Source of the DNA: an uncultured delta proteobacterium
GTDB taxonomy: Bacteria; Desulfobacterota; Binatia; UBA9968
NCBI GenBank assembly: GCA_963771465.1
Contig: CAVYTU010000014.1
Location: forward strand, 704,001-768,000
DNA: 64,000 nt
Reading direction: 5' to 3'
Positions 33,753 through 43,823 of this stretch are shown piece after piece. The position numbers were made by a program, and so were the translations under genes. The notes beneath the pieces were generated by a model that was given only the letters and a program-made list of their open reading frames with translations, was not told the DNA's origin and ran no database searches. Position 1 is the first letter of the stretch. Each line of letters begins with the position of its first letter.

Positions 33753-34577
33753 ATGAATAGCTGGGGCATCGCGGTGGTGTTGGGAATCGTCGAGGGATTA
33801 ACCGAATTTCTGCCGGTGTCGTCTACCGGTCACCTTATCATCGCCGGACACTTGCTCGGTTTTGTCGGCGAGAAAGCGGCGAGCTTTGAGGTTGCCATTC
33901 AGTTGGGCGCGATCCTATCAGTGGTGTTTCTCTATTGGCAGCGCTTCGTCGGACTCCTGCCCGCGGGCGCGCGGTCGTTGCTCGATTCAAAATCTACTTT
34001 GCTAGGTTGGCCGGGACTGTGGCGCATCGCGGCGGCGACGTTTCCGGCATTACTGATCGGCTATCTGGCGCGCCACGCGATCAAGGCCCATTTGTTTAAT
34101 CCTGAGGCAGTAACATTGGCTTTCGCAGTCGGCGGCGTGGCGATCTTGTTCGTCGAACGGTTGCGTTCACAACGACGATCGAATTCGCTGGATCAGTTGA
34201 GCTTGGCTCAAGCATTCGGCATCGGCTTATTCCAGGTGCTTGCCCTATGGCCGGGGACATCGCGCGCGGCGGCAACGATTATCGGCGGCATGCTCCTCGG
34301 CCTCGATCGCAAAGGCGCGGCGGAGTTTTCATTTTTAATCGCGGTGCCGGTTTTATTTGCTGCATCGGGATACGAACTGATGAAGATGCGTGATCAGTTA
34401 GCGCTCGACGATACCATCGCTTTGGCGATCGGTTTCGTCGTGTCCTTTGTCGTGGCGCTGGCCGCGGTTAAGGGCTTTGTCAACTTCTTGAGCCATGGCA
34501 AGCTCGCGCCCTTCGCTTGGTACCGCATTATCGTCGCGCCAGTCTTTTACTTGCTAACCCGCGGCGTGAGTTTCTGA
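33753..34577 (+). CDS. uppP: Undecaprenyl-diphosphate phosphatase
   Basis: GIVEGLTEFLPVSSTGH, IQLGAIL, PGTSR, AAEFSF. Confidence 0.96.
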   Translation: MNSWGIAVVLGIVEGLTEFLPVSSTGHLIIAGHLLGFVGEKAASFEVAIQLGAILSVVFLYWQRFVGLLPAGARSLLDSKSTLLGWPGLWRIAAATFPALLIGYLARHAIKAHLFNPEAVTLAFAVGGVAILFVERLRSQRRSNSLDQLSLAQAFGIGLFQVLALWPGTSRAAATIIGGMLLGLDRKGAAEFSFLIAVPVLFAASGYELMKMRDQLALDDTIALAIGFVVSFVVALAAVKGFVNFLSHGKLAPFAWYRIIVAPVFYLLTRGVSF

Positions 34578-34629
34578 GAAAACACCGCGCCGCGAGATTG
34601 CGCATCGTCGCGATGGAATGGGCTGCGGG

Positions 34630-35361
34630 TTATTTCGGTGGGTGGCGGTGCTTGATCCAATCGAACAACTGATTGCGGTAGTAATAGGCCAGCGCTAAGA
34701 CGGCGACCGAAACGCCAGTGATGATTGCAAAGGTATGATATTGCTCGTTGCGGATGGTCGATCCTTGCATGGTGAGCAAATAAGTTCCCGGCAGTCGACC
34801 GATGACCGAGACCAGCAAAAAAGTGCTAAGTTTCATGCGGCTTAATCCAAGCACGTAGCAAAGATAATCTTTGGGAAAACCGGGAAACAGAAAAAGGACA
34901 AAACAGATTACAACACCGGTGTTGGTCGTCAGGAAATTAAATTTTTCGAGAACTTCACGCTTGACGAAGCGCTCGACAAATGGCCGGCCGAGAATGCTTG
35001 CCAACTCGAAGGCCACCCAGGAGCCTATGGACAGGCCGATGGTGGAGAGTATGAACCCAATGGTCTCGCCGTAAACAAACCCGCCCGCCACACCCGTCAG
35101 CTCCCCTGGAAATGGCGCAGCGATCACCTGAATAATCTGAAATAGGACAAATACTGCCGGGGAATAGGGCCCCAGGCTCTGCAAGAACTTGCCCAGTTTG
35201 TCGCTACTTGAGTAAATCCCCTCGAAATCGTCAAGCTCCTCGCCGGGTGGTGCGAATGCGCTAAAGGGTCGCGGAATGTAGCGGCTAAAGATAAACAGCA
35301 GAGCTACCAGCACGACAAATATTACGCCCCTGATGGCAAGTCGGCGACGCTGATCACTCAT
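34630..35361 (-). CDS. TVP38/TMEM64 (DedA superfamily) membrane protein
   Basis: QVIAAPFPGE..GGFVYG, LFPGFPKDYLCY..GLS. Confidence 0.88.
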   Translation of the reverse strand: MSDQRRRLAIRGVIFVVLVALLFIFSRYIPRPFSAFAPPGEELDDFEGIYSSSDKLGKFLQSLGPYSPAVFVLFQIIQVIAAPFPGELTGVAGGFVYGETIGFILSTIGLSIGSWVAFELASILGRPFVERFVKREVLEKFNFLTTNTGVVICFVLFLFPGFPKDYLCYVLGLSRMKLSTFLLVSVIGRLPGTYLLTMQGSTIRNEQYHTFAIITGVSVAVLALAYYYRNQLFDWIKHRHPPK

Positions 35362-35512
35362 CCGGCGTTTTATAGCAACAAAAGTTTTGAAACACGAGAG
35401 GGTTTTAAAGCAAGGCTAATCGATCCGCGATGGTAGGCGGCGGTCTTTCGCCTTGCGGCGATTCGACAAGGTTGCTACAAATTAGTTTCATTCGATTACC
35501 CGTAACTCCGCA

Positions 35513-37036
35513 ATGTTCGTTGACGCAAAAATCGGTGACCTTACCGAACTGGCATCGGGTCGCAGCTGGACCGGCATTGAACTAGCGGCGCGTCTGAGCG
35601 CCCGTTGTGTCGCCTACCGCGACCAGGGTATGCAGCCCGGCGATCGAGTCTTTATACTCTATGGTAATAAGCTGGAGTTTTTCGTCGATCTACTCGCGCT
35701 TTGGTATATCGGCGCTAGCGTCGTACCCGTCGATGGTCGATTGACACCATTTGAAATTGACAACTTGGCGCGGACGGTTACGCCGCGATTCGCCTTGATC
35801 GATGGGACAGTTCCTTCCAGTATCGTTGCAGTTCTATCCGGTCAAGGCGCGACCGTGTTGGACACCGGTGCGCTCGACTTCATCACGCCGTCGAGCGCGC
35901 TTCCGTGCGCCGCCCGGCTCGATGATCAGGCACTGATCCTATTTACTTCGGGCACGACCGGAGTACCGAAAGGCGTAGTTCACACGCATCGCTCGCTGCG
36001 CGCCCGTTGGTTGTCATTGCGCCAGTGTCTTGGCGTTGAGTCCTACGAGCGTACGCTTTGTATGTTGCCGACGCACTTCGGCCACGGCCTGATTTGCAAC
36101 AGCCTGTATCCTTGGCTCAGCGGCCAGCAGCTATTCATCGCGCCAGCTTTCAGCACCGAAATACTTTTACAGCTTGGCCGGATCGTCGATCAGAATCGAA
36201 TTACGTTTCTCTCCTCGGTGCCCTCCATGTGGGGGTTAATTCTTAAGGGGAGTAAACCGCCGCAAGCTAAAACTTTGCGCCGGATTCACTGCGGCTCGGC
36301 GCCGCTGTCGGCGCATTTGTGGAATCAAATTCGCGACTGGTCGGGCACGCGCGAGGTCTATAACGCCTACGGCATTACGGAAACCGGTAGTTGGGTGGCC
36401 GGCACAACGATCGGCGAATTCGCACCGGAGGACGGTTTAGTCGGGGCGCCATGGGGCAGCGTGATCAAAATCCTCAAGAGCGCCGAGCGTAGCGCACCGT
36501 TCGAGGCCGACACCCAGTGTAACGTCGATGAGACCGGTTACGTTTGGCTCAACACGCCGGCGCTGATGCAAGGTTATTATCACCATCCCGAGCTGACCGA
36601 ACAGGTCGTCTCCGGTGGCTGGTTTGTCACCGGTGACATGGGTGTCATCGACCGACGCGGCTGGTTTTATCTCAAAGGGCGAGAACGCGACGAGATCAAC
36701 AAGGGTGGAACAAAAATTTATCCCGCCGACATCGACGCGGTGGTCGAGCGCTTCGAACATACCGAAACTGTTTGCAGCTTTGCATTTGCGGATTCGCTTT
36801 ATGGCCAGAACGTCGCGATGGCGGTGGTCTTGCGGCGTCAAGATGCGGCGACGATTCGCCAGCTATACACCTGGATGAAAACCCATCTGGCTGAATTCAA
36901 AATGCCGCAGCGCTGGTACGTCGTCGATGCACTGCCGCAGAACTCGCGGGGAAAGATCAGCCGTAACGTTGTTCAAGAGATGTGCGCGCCATTAAAGTCG
37001 GTTGATCTAGCGGTAATCTTAAAAAGCGGATCTTGA
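35513..37036 (+). CDS. AMP-forming acyl ligase (ANL superfamily)
   Basis: LFTSGTTGVPKG, YGITETG, TGDMG, GR..D, PQNSRGKI. Confidence 0.92.
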   Translation: MFVDAKIGDLTELASGRSWTGIELAARLSARCVAYRDQGMQPGDRVFILYGNKLEFFVDLLALWYIGASVVPVDGRLTPFEIDNLARTVTPRFALIDGTVPSSIVAVLSGQGATVLDTGALDFITPSSALPCAARLDDQALILFTSGTTGVPKGVVHTHRSLRARWLSLRQCLGVESYERTLCMLPTHFGHGLICNSLYPWLSGQQLFIAPAFSTEILLQLGRIVDQNRITFLSSVPSMWGLILKGSKPPQAKTLRRIHCGSAPLSAHLWNQIRDWSGTREVYNAYGITETGSWVAGTTIGEFAPEDGLVGAPWGSVIKILKSAERSAPFEADTQCNVDETGYVWLNTPALMQGYYHHPELTEQVVSGGWFVTGDMGVIDRRGWFYLKGRERDEINKGGTKIYPADIDAVVERFEHTETVCSFAFADSLYGQNVAMAVVLRRQDAATIRQLYTWMKTHLAEFKMPQRWYVVDALPQNSRGKISRNVVQEMCAPLKSVDLAVILKSGS

Positions 37037-37109
37037 TCATCACGGTCGCGGTCGCCAACGATCCACAGGAAGACGGAACGGCGCCAACCTCATCGGTAAA
37101 ATTTAGATC

Positions 37110-37367
37110 ATGAACGCAGAGCAAAAAAAGCAGGCATTGATCGACTTTCTCCTAAGTATTCAGAGGCCGGATTATCCCCACGATGGCATCGACGAAACTT
37201 CGAGCCTGGTGGAATCGGGGCTGATCGATTCGCTGGCGTTGCTGCAAATCGTTACCTATTTAGAACAAACCTATCGCATCGATTTTGCCGATCGTGGCAT
37301 CGACCCGGGAGATTTGCGCTCAGTACAGTCGATTCTCGAGTTGATCGCCCGCGAGTCATCAACATGA
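37110..37367 (+). CDS. Acyl carrier protein (DltC-like)
   Basis: Acidic 85-aa protein with the GLIDSL phosphopantetheine site. Confidence 0.9.
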   Translation: MNAEQKKQALIDFLLSIQRPDYPHDGIDETSSLVESGLIDSLALLQIVTYLEQTYRIDFADRGIDPGDLRSVQSILELIARESST

Positions 37368-38760
37368 TCGCTTCGGTGCTCGCGAGTAGGTACCGCCAGA
37401 TCGCGCAGTTCCACGAAAATGAGCGCTTGATCGCTTGGCTCGCCGCGCAGCGTTGGCTCGTCTGGTTGACGCCGGAGCGGCGAAAGTTCGTGCTGGTCAT
37501 CGGCGCCATCGGCGCGGGTCTCATCGGCACGTTTCATCGTTTCAATACACGGCGTGACGCTGCCGGGGCCACGGCGTGGTTGGTTTGCGCGCTGGCTTTT
37601 CTCATTTTATTAGCGATCGTCTATTCGCTCTATCAGGTTGCGGTCCATTACAAACGATTACCGTCAATCATTCGTGGCCGTCCGCAAATCTGTTTTCACC
37701 TGCTCTTTTGGCTCCTATTGCTAGCGATCTGGTCGGCGCCGGACAATTCCGGACTGGGTTGGCTGGTTATTACCGTCGTTGCGCTATCGTTCCCATACTT
37801 GATTTGGCGCTGCGGCTACATGCTGTTGTCCGGACAGCGGGGCAAAGCCGCGGGCACGGGCTTTGGCGATCATCTATTTTATATTTGGCCGGTGTGGGAT
37901 GGCACCAATACGCCGCCGGGGAAAGGCCATGACCACCTGTCGCGCTCGGTGGCGCAAACGCCGGAAGCCTACGCGCGCGCGGTTTTAGGCGGTATTAAGT
38001 TATTGCTGTTGGTCGGTCTTTGGACGTTGGTCATGCAGCTGATCGGTGCGCTGATTTATGCCGATCCCAAGAGCCGGTTAACGCCGGTGTTTCAAGGTCA
38101 TAGTCTGGGCTTGCCTCGTCTCAAACATATTTTCGCGAGCGGCGCCGCCTTTCCCCTACCAGTCATTTGGATCAGCCTTTACCTGGAATTGATCTGGGAA
38201 GCGCTTTATATCGCCGCCAAAGGCCACGTATGGATCGGTGTGTTACGGCTCTATGGCTTCAATGTCTTTCGCAACACCTACAAGCCGCTGCTGGCCGAAT
38301 CCGTCGTTGAGTTTTGGAACCGCTATTACTATTACTTCAAAGAGCTGATGATGGAGTTTTTTTTCTACCCACCTACGCGCGTTATTTTCGTAGTCATCCG
38401 AGGTTGCGCCTGGTCGCGGCCGTGTTCGCCGCCGCCTTCATCGGCAACATGTACTATCATCTCCTGCAGGCAAAAGAGCCGCTTATCGGGGCCGATTGGC
38501 ATAAGCTCTGGTCGTTGCTCGGCACCCGCTTTGTCTATTGTTTCCTGTTGGCAAGCGGCATCGCGATATCCATGCTGCGCCAGCAAGCCCGACGCGGCAA
38601 GCCGGGAACGGCAGCGGTTCTGCGAGCGGGCGGTGTGCACCGCCTGCGCCGCATGGCGTGCGTCTGGACGTTTTTCGCGGTGATTAATTTTTGGAATGTG
38701 CTCGCCAATCTAACTATCGCTGAACGGACCCGTTTGTTTCTCACTTTGTTTGGATTGTAG
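37364..38760 (+). pseudogene. MBOAT-family membrane O-acyltransferase, frameshifted at the T8 run 38357-38364
   Basis: FRNTYKPLLAESVVEFWNRYYY motif; one extra base restores EFFFLPTYARYF...GNMYYH (putative catalytic His) through to the stop at 38760. Confidence 0.82.
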
Positions 38761-38785
38761 ACGGCTCGTAGTTGGCGTTACTTCG

Positions 38786-40774
38786 ATGTTCGAATTTCCG
38801 CGCATCACTTTTTCCATTGCGAGCAGCTTATTAGCGCTGTTGATTCTGTCGAGCTCTCGGCTGTGGCTCTATTGGGAGCGCCGGTCGGATGTCGCCGAAT
38901 TGACTGCGCAGCAAAGGCTGAAGTTGTTTTGGATTGGAATTCGATTGGACAGCGTGGTCGTCGGCCGCGCCTGTCTGGTTACTATTCTCGCCGCGCTGCT
39001 CTTATCCGAATCGCTCTTTGCCGGAATTCAACCGCTGCTCATCGCTTATCTCGGAATTTTTTACTTCATCCTCTATTTTGTCGAGATCGCCGGACTCTAT
39101 TTTTTCCGTTTCTACGATTTTCGTCCCAACTATCTAGTGTTCGAGCATGGTGCGGACCGCGAAGTTCTCAAGACCGTTATCAAAGCCTATCCTGTCGCGC
39201 GAATTTTTATCCTGAGCGTGGCTGGGACATGGCTCGTTTTGATCGTCGTTAATACACTTCTGACCATTTTCAAACCGGGCCAATTCGGCGAGACGTTCTG
39301 GCTTTGGGACCGTGGCGCAACTTTTCTCTGGCTTTTGCTCGCGGCATTCGCCAGCCGTGGCACCTTCGATCACCGGCCGCTCAATCCCAGTCTTGCGGCA
39401 TTTACCACCAACCGGATCGCCAATGAAATCGCTTCATGCGGACTTTTCAACCTGCTCTACGAGTTAAGTCATCGAAGAAAAGATGAATTCACCGCGCTTA
39501 AAGCCGTAATCCATTTGCCGTCAGCGGATCAAGCCATGGAACGCGCGCGCCAAGTATTGGCTACTCAAGGCCGGTTCACCAATGACAGCGCCAATCCGCT
39601 GGTGCGGCAGATTTCACACCGCGCGGCAACCAAGCCGCTCAACGTCGTTCTCGTGGTGATGGAAAGTTTTACTGGACGATTGACCGGTTGCTTGGGCGGA
39701 GTGCCGGCGCTCTCGCCGGAGTTGGATCGTCTTGCGGCCGAGGGTTTGCTTTTCGAACGCTGCTACGCGACCGGCGAGCGGACGATTCAGGGTTTGGAAG
39801 CGGCGGTGTGTTCCTTTCCGCCGCTGCCCGGCGCGGGTGTGGTGAAGCGTCCGCAAGCCCGGCAAAACTTCGCCACTTTGGCGAGCGTGCTCAAAGGGCG
39901 CGGCTACGCCACCCGGTTTTTTTACGGCGGGCAGGCGATTTTCGATCACATGTTGGGGTTTTTCATTGGCAATGGCTTCGATCAGTTTATTGAAGAAAAA
40001 GATTTTGCCACCCCAGTTTATAAAAGCCCGTGGGGCGTTTCCGACGAGGATTTGTTTATGCGCGCCGATCAGGAATTTCGCCGCTTACACGTAGAGGGCA
40101 ATCCCTTCTTTGCCACGATCCTGACCGTTTCGCTGCACTCGCCGTGGCAATATCCGGCTGGGCGCATTGTGCCGCTCGCCGCCGATACCAAGGTGCCGCA
40201 CGGATTTGAGCTTGCGGAGCTGAACAATTTTCTCTACGCCGATTATTGCATCGGCAAGTTTATCAGCGACGCGCGTGGTTCAGCTTATTTTGACGACACG
40301 CTGTTTGTGTTCGTTGGCGATCACGGCGTGCACTTGCGCGGCAGTGAATTGATCCCGGTAGACGAATATCGCGTGCCGGCGGTATTCTTCGCGCCCGCGC
40401 ATATCGAGGCGCGGCGCATCAGCGAGGTGACCAGCCAAATCGATCTGCCGCCGACTATTATGAGTATCGTCGGCGGCGAATATCGCAGCTCGTTTCTTGG
40501 CCGCGACGTTCTCGATGGCCGGCAGCAGGAGCCGTTCGCCATCGTCATTTACAACAAGAAACGCTATGGCATCGTTGCCGACAAAGAATTGGTCGTGCTT
40601 AGTGAAAACGGTAAGCGGCTGGCGTATGGCCGCAACCACCAGGAACAACCCTGGGGGCAAGTCTCGATGACGGCCAGTCAGACGACGCGAACCGAGGCCG
40701 CGGTGGCGCTCCTGCGCGTGGCGGAAGATTTATTGATGAGCGGCCGCTACAGTTCAAACAAAAATTTGCTTTGA
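38786..40774 (+). CDS. LTA synthase/OpgB-like phosphotransferase (sulfatase superfamily) with N-terminal TM domain
   Basis: NVVLVVMESF, RTIQG (catalytic Thr), SLHSP, GDHG, SQIDLPPT. Confidence 0.9.
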   Translation: MFEFPRITFSIASSLLALLILSSSRLWLYWERRSDVAELTAQQRLKLFWIGIRLDSVVVGRACLVTILAALLLSESLFAGIQPLLIAYLGIFYFILYFVEIAGLYFFRFYDFRPNYLVFEHGADREVLKTVIKAYPVARIFILSVAGTWLVLIVVNTLLTIFKPGQFGETFWLWDRGATFLWLLLAAFASRGTFDHRPLNPSLAAFTTNRIANEIASCGLFNLLYELSHRRKDEFTALKAVIHLPSADQAMERARQVLATQGRFTNDSANPLVRQISHRAATKPLNVVLVVMESFTGRLTGCLGGVPALSPELDRLAAEGLLFERCYATGERTIQGLEAAVCSFPPLPGAGVVKRPQARQNFATLASVLKGRGYATRFFYGGQAIFDHMLGFFIGNGFDQFIEEKDFATPVYKSPWGVSDEDLFMRADQEFRRLHVEGNPFFATILTVSLHSPWQYPAGRIVPLAADTKVPHGFELAELNNFLYADYCIGKFISDARGSAYFDDTLFVFVGDHGVHLRGSELIPVDEYRVPAVFFAPAHIEARRISEVTSQIDLPPTIMSIVGGEYRSSFLGRDVLDGRQQEPFAIVIYNKKRYGIVADKELVVLSENGKRLAYGRNHQEQPWGQVSMTASQTTRTEAAVALLRVAEDLLMSGRYSSNKNLL

Positions 40775-40843
40775 CCTCGACCCGCCAGCGCACGGATAAT
40801 TCGTCCTCGACCGGCGTCCACTCGCTAGTTTATTTGCCGCGAG

Positions 40844-43540
40844 CTACTGACCTTTTTGCATTTCCTTGAGCAGCGCTTCGACTTTCTTCAATTCGTCGCC
40901 GTAGCCGGACCAATTGCCTTGCTTGAGATAATCCTGCGCCCGTTGAAAATGGTTTAGGGCTTGGCGCGCCGGCGTTTGATCGCTCTTAACCGTCTGCGGC
41001 AAAGCTGCCACCACCGGTTGAGTTGCTTCCTTGGCCGGTGTCGCGCTGAAAACCCGCTGCAGGGCTTGATCCATCGTCTCCTCCATCGCGATGCGGTTGC
41101 CGAAGGCGACGATGACCCGTTTAAGTTCCGGCAGCGAACCCTTATCCGCGGCAAGATAAAGCGGCTGGACGTAGAGCAACGAGCGCTCGATGGGGATCGA
41201 TAACAGGCTGCCGCGAATGACCTGGGAGCCGCGCTGGTTCCACAGACTCAGTTGTTGAGAGATCACCGTGTCTTGATCGATGCGGGCGTCGATCTGCTTG
41301 GGCCCGTAAACGAGTTTCGCTTTGGGGAAATCCAGCGCGGTCAATTTACCGTAATGCGGCGCATCGCTGCGCGCTGCGAGCCAGGAGCGCATGTTATCGC
41401 GCTTGTTTGGCGTAAACGGCAGCAACAAGACAAACTCCTCTTTCGCTTCGCCGGGCAAGCGCATGATCGTGTAATAGGGCTCGACGTCCTGCTCGCGGCC
41501 TTCGCTGTTCTGGCGCGGAATGCTGAGCAGATCTTCTTTGTTATAAAAAACCTGCGGGTCCTGCATATGATAGGTTGTATAGACCCGCGCCTGGATCGAA
41601 AACAGATCCTGGGGATAACGGATGTGCGCGCGCAGTTCTTGGGGCATCGTGTCGAGCGGTTTCAGCAGATTGGGAAAAACTTTGGCATAGGATTGTATGA
41701 TCGGGTCGCGCGTATCGCTTAGATAGAACTCAACCGTGCCCTCGTAAGCGTCGACCACGGCTTTTGCCGCGTTGCGAATATAGTTGGTGCCCTGTTGGCG
41801 CAGCGGTTCTGAATAGGGAAAGCGATCCGAAACCGTGTAGCCGTCGACGATCCAGAACAGTCTGCCACCCTGGGCAATGACCAAATAGGCATCGCGATCG
41901 AAAGTGATAAACGGCGCGATCTTTTTTACCCGCTCCTGGATCTGGCGGTGGTAAAGAATACGGCTCTCGGCGGTCAGATCCTGCGCCAGCAAGATGCGCA
42001 GCGATGCGTGATGGGCCGAAAAAACCAGCTGGCGCCACAACGAGCCGATGGCCACGCCTCGCTGGCCTTTGTAGGTCGTGTAAATATTTTGGTCTCCCGA
42101 CGGATAATCCAATTCCTGCGACTTGGTCCGCACCAAAACATATTCATTGGCGAGCTCACCGAAGTAAATCTCCGGACGAGCGATCTTGAGCGAGGTGCTG
42201 GCGACCGGCGGAATGTCCTTGATGAAGAACTCAGGCTGACCGCTGGAAGTAACCTGATTGACGGGACCGAAGACCACTCCATGACCGTGAGTGAAAGTTA
42301 GATGCTCGTTGATCCAGTTGCGGCTTTGCAGATGCTGATGGGACAGCTCGCGGGCGGATAACATCACCTGGCGATAGGTGCCATCGATCATGTAGCGGTC
42401 ATTGTCGACATCGACGAATTTGTAATAGGGCCGAATTTCTTGTAGCTGCGCGTAGGTGGTTAACAGCGGACGGTGATCCCAGAGCCGGATATTGTTGATT
42501 GTCGAGTCGTTGCGTTTCAAATCCGCAACCGTGAGCTGTTCTTCCGCGGGAAAATCTTTCGTTTCAATTTTATCCAGGCCGAAAGCGAAACGGGTGAATT
42601 TGATCGTCCGCTCGATGAAAGGCCGCTCCGCCTCAATTTCATTGGGGGTGACGCGAAAGCGTTGCAACAATGTCGGATAGGCGTTGAGCCCGAGCAGGTG
42701 CACGCCGACGAGAGCACCAACGCCGAGGATTACGAATTTGTAGCCGGTGCGGTAGATTTGCGTGAAACAGAGCGCCGCAGCGATCAACGCAAGAAAGGTA
42801 AGCACCCTGAGCGCTGGTAAATTGCCGTAGACATCCGCGTAGCTTGCGCCGTGGGAGACGCCACGCCGCGCGTGTAAAAGATCGAAAGCGTCGAGATAAT
42901 AGCCGCCGGCTTTGACTACGAGGAGTAGGCCGAACAGAATCAGCAGATGATTTCTCGCCCGGTCGCCAAGATGTAGCCCGCGCGGCGTATATTCTATGCC
43001 ACGATAAAGGAGATACACCGCCGCGGTGGCAACGGCGGTTAGTCCGATGGTGAATATCGCCCAATGGTAAAACACCCGAAGCAGTGGCAGACGAAAGACA
43101 TAGAAACCGATGTCCTGGCCAAATTGCGGATCTTGCAGATTGAACGGCACGGCATTTAAAAACAACGCTGCTTGTTCCCAATTGGCTGCTCCCTGGGGCG
43201 CGGCCATGAGGCCCAGGAATAACGCGCCCGGCAGGAGTAGCCGCTTAAACAGTGGGTCGATTAACTCGGGCGGAGGGAGTTCGATGATGTTGTCCGCGCC
43301 GGAGTAACGAAAACCGGCCGAAGCTGAGGAAGCGATCTTCAGATTGACATAGATCAGCAGCGCGAAAAGCCCGCCTGAGCTAGCGCCAAGCAGGGTCTTA
43401 TACGAGAGAATGGTAGCGAAAATCTGCGCGTAGCCGACGTCTTGGAACCACAGCCAATCGACGTAAAGTCCGATCACTTGGCGGAAAAACATCACGACAA
43501 CGACCAGAATGAGTAGGAACACGCCGCCGAATCTGCGCAT
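40844..43540 (-). CDS. UPF0182 family membrane protein
   Basis: DWLWF, NIRLWD.RPL, DVDNDRY, HLTFTHG, NYIRN, LLYVQPLY. Confidence 0.93.
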   Translation of the reverse strand: MRRFGGVFLLILVVVVMFFRQVIGLYVDWLWFQDVGYAQIFATILSYKTLLGASSGGLFALLIYVNLKIASSASAGFRYSGADNIIELPPPELIDPLFKRLLLPGALFLGLMAAPQGAANWEQAALFLNAVPFNLQDPQFGQDIGFYVFRLPLLRVFYHWAIFTIGLTAVATAAVYLLYRGIEYTPRGLHLGDRARNHLLILFGLLLVVKAGGYYLDAFDLLHARRGVSHGASYADVYGNLPALRVLTFLALIAAALCFTQIYRTGYKFVILGVGALVGVHLLGLNAYPTLLQRFRVTPNEIEAERPFIERTIKFTRFAFGLDKIETKDFPAEEQLTVADLKRNDSTINNIRLWDHRPLLTTYAQLQEIRPYYKFVDVDNDRYMIDGTYRQVMLSARELSHQHLQSRNWINEHLTFTHGHGVVFGPVNQVTSSGQPEFFIKDIPPVASTSLKIARPEIYFGELANEYVLVRTKSQELDYPSGDQNIYTTYKGQRGVAIGSLWRQLVFSAHHASLRILLAQDLTAESRILYHRQIQERVKKIAPFITFDRDAYLVIAQGGRLFWIVDGYTVSDRFPYSEPLRQQGTNYIRNAAKAVVDAYEGTVEFYLSDTRDPIIQSYAKVFPNLLKPLDTMPQELRAHIRYPQDLFSIQARVYTTYHMQDPQVFYNKEDLLSIPRQNSEGREQDVEPYYTIMRLPGEAKEEFVLLLPFTPNKRDNMRSWLAARSDAPHYGKLTALDFPKAKLVYGPKQIDARIDQDTVISQQLSLWNQRGSQVIRGSLLSIPIERSLLYVQPLYLAADKGSLPELKRVIVAFGNRIAMEETMDQALQRVFSATPAKEATQPVVAALPQTVKSDQTPARQALNHFQRAQDYLKQGNWSGYGDELKKVEALLKEMQKGQ

Positions 43541-43750
43541 GGTGCCTCCGTCAGTTTAGCAAAGGGATCAGTAAATTTGCCGCGATCGTATAAAAGTCGT
43601 TGATTTATGACAATACGGTTGGTCGAAATAAAAAAAAGATCTTAACCGTTCTGCGCGCAGCAAGGCATTGTGACTTCAATACCTCAAATCGAAAAGCAGC
43701 TGTTAGCTGTTGCACCTGTTTCGGACGAATTGAATGTGGCCCGGCGTGAT

Positions 43751-43788
43751 AAAAAAAAATGGCGCTGGAACATTCCAGCGCCATTTTT
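43751..43788. terminator. Rho-independent (bidirectional-type) terminator
   Basis: AAAAATGGCGCTGGAA-ca-TTCCAGCGCCATTTTT downstream of the ABC permease. Confidence 0.85.
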
Positions 43789-43823
43789 AGTTTTAGGTCA
43801 GTTGTAGTCTGACGTGATTGAGT

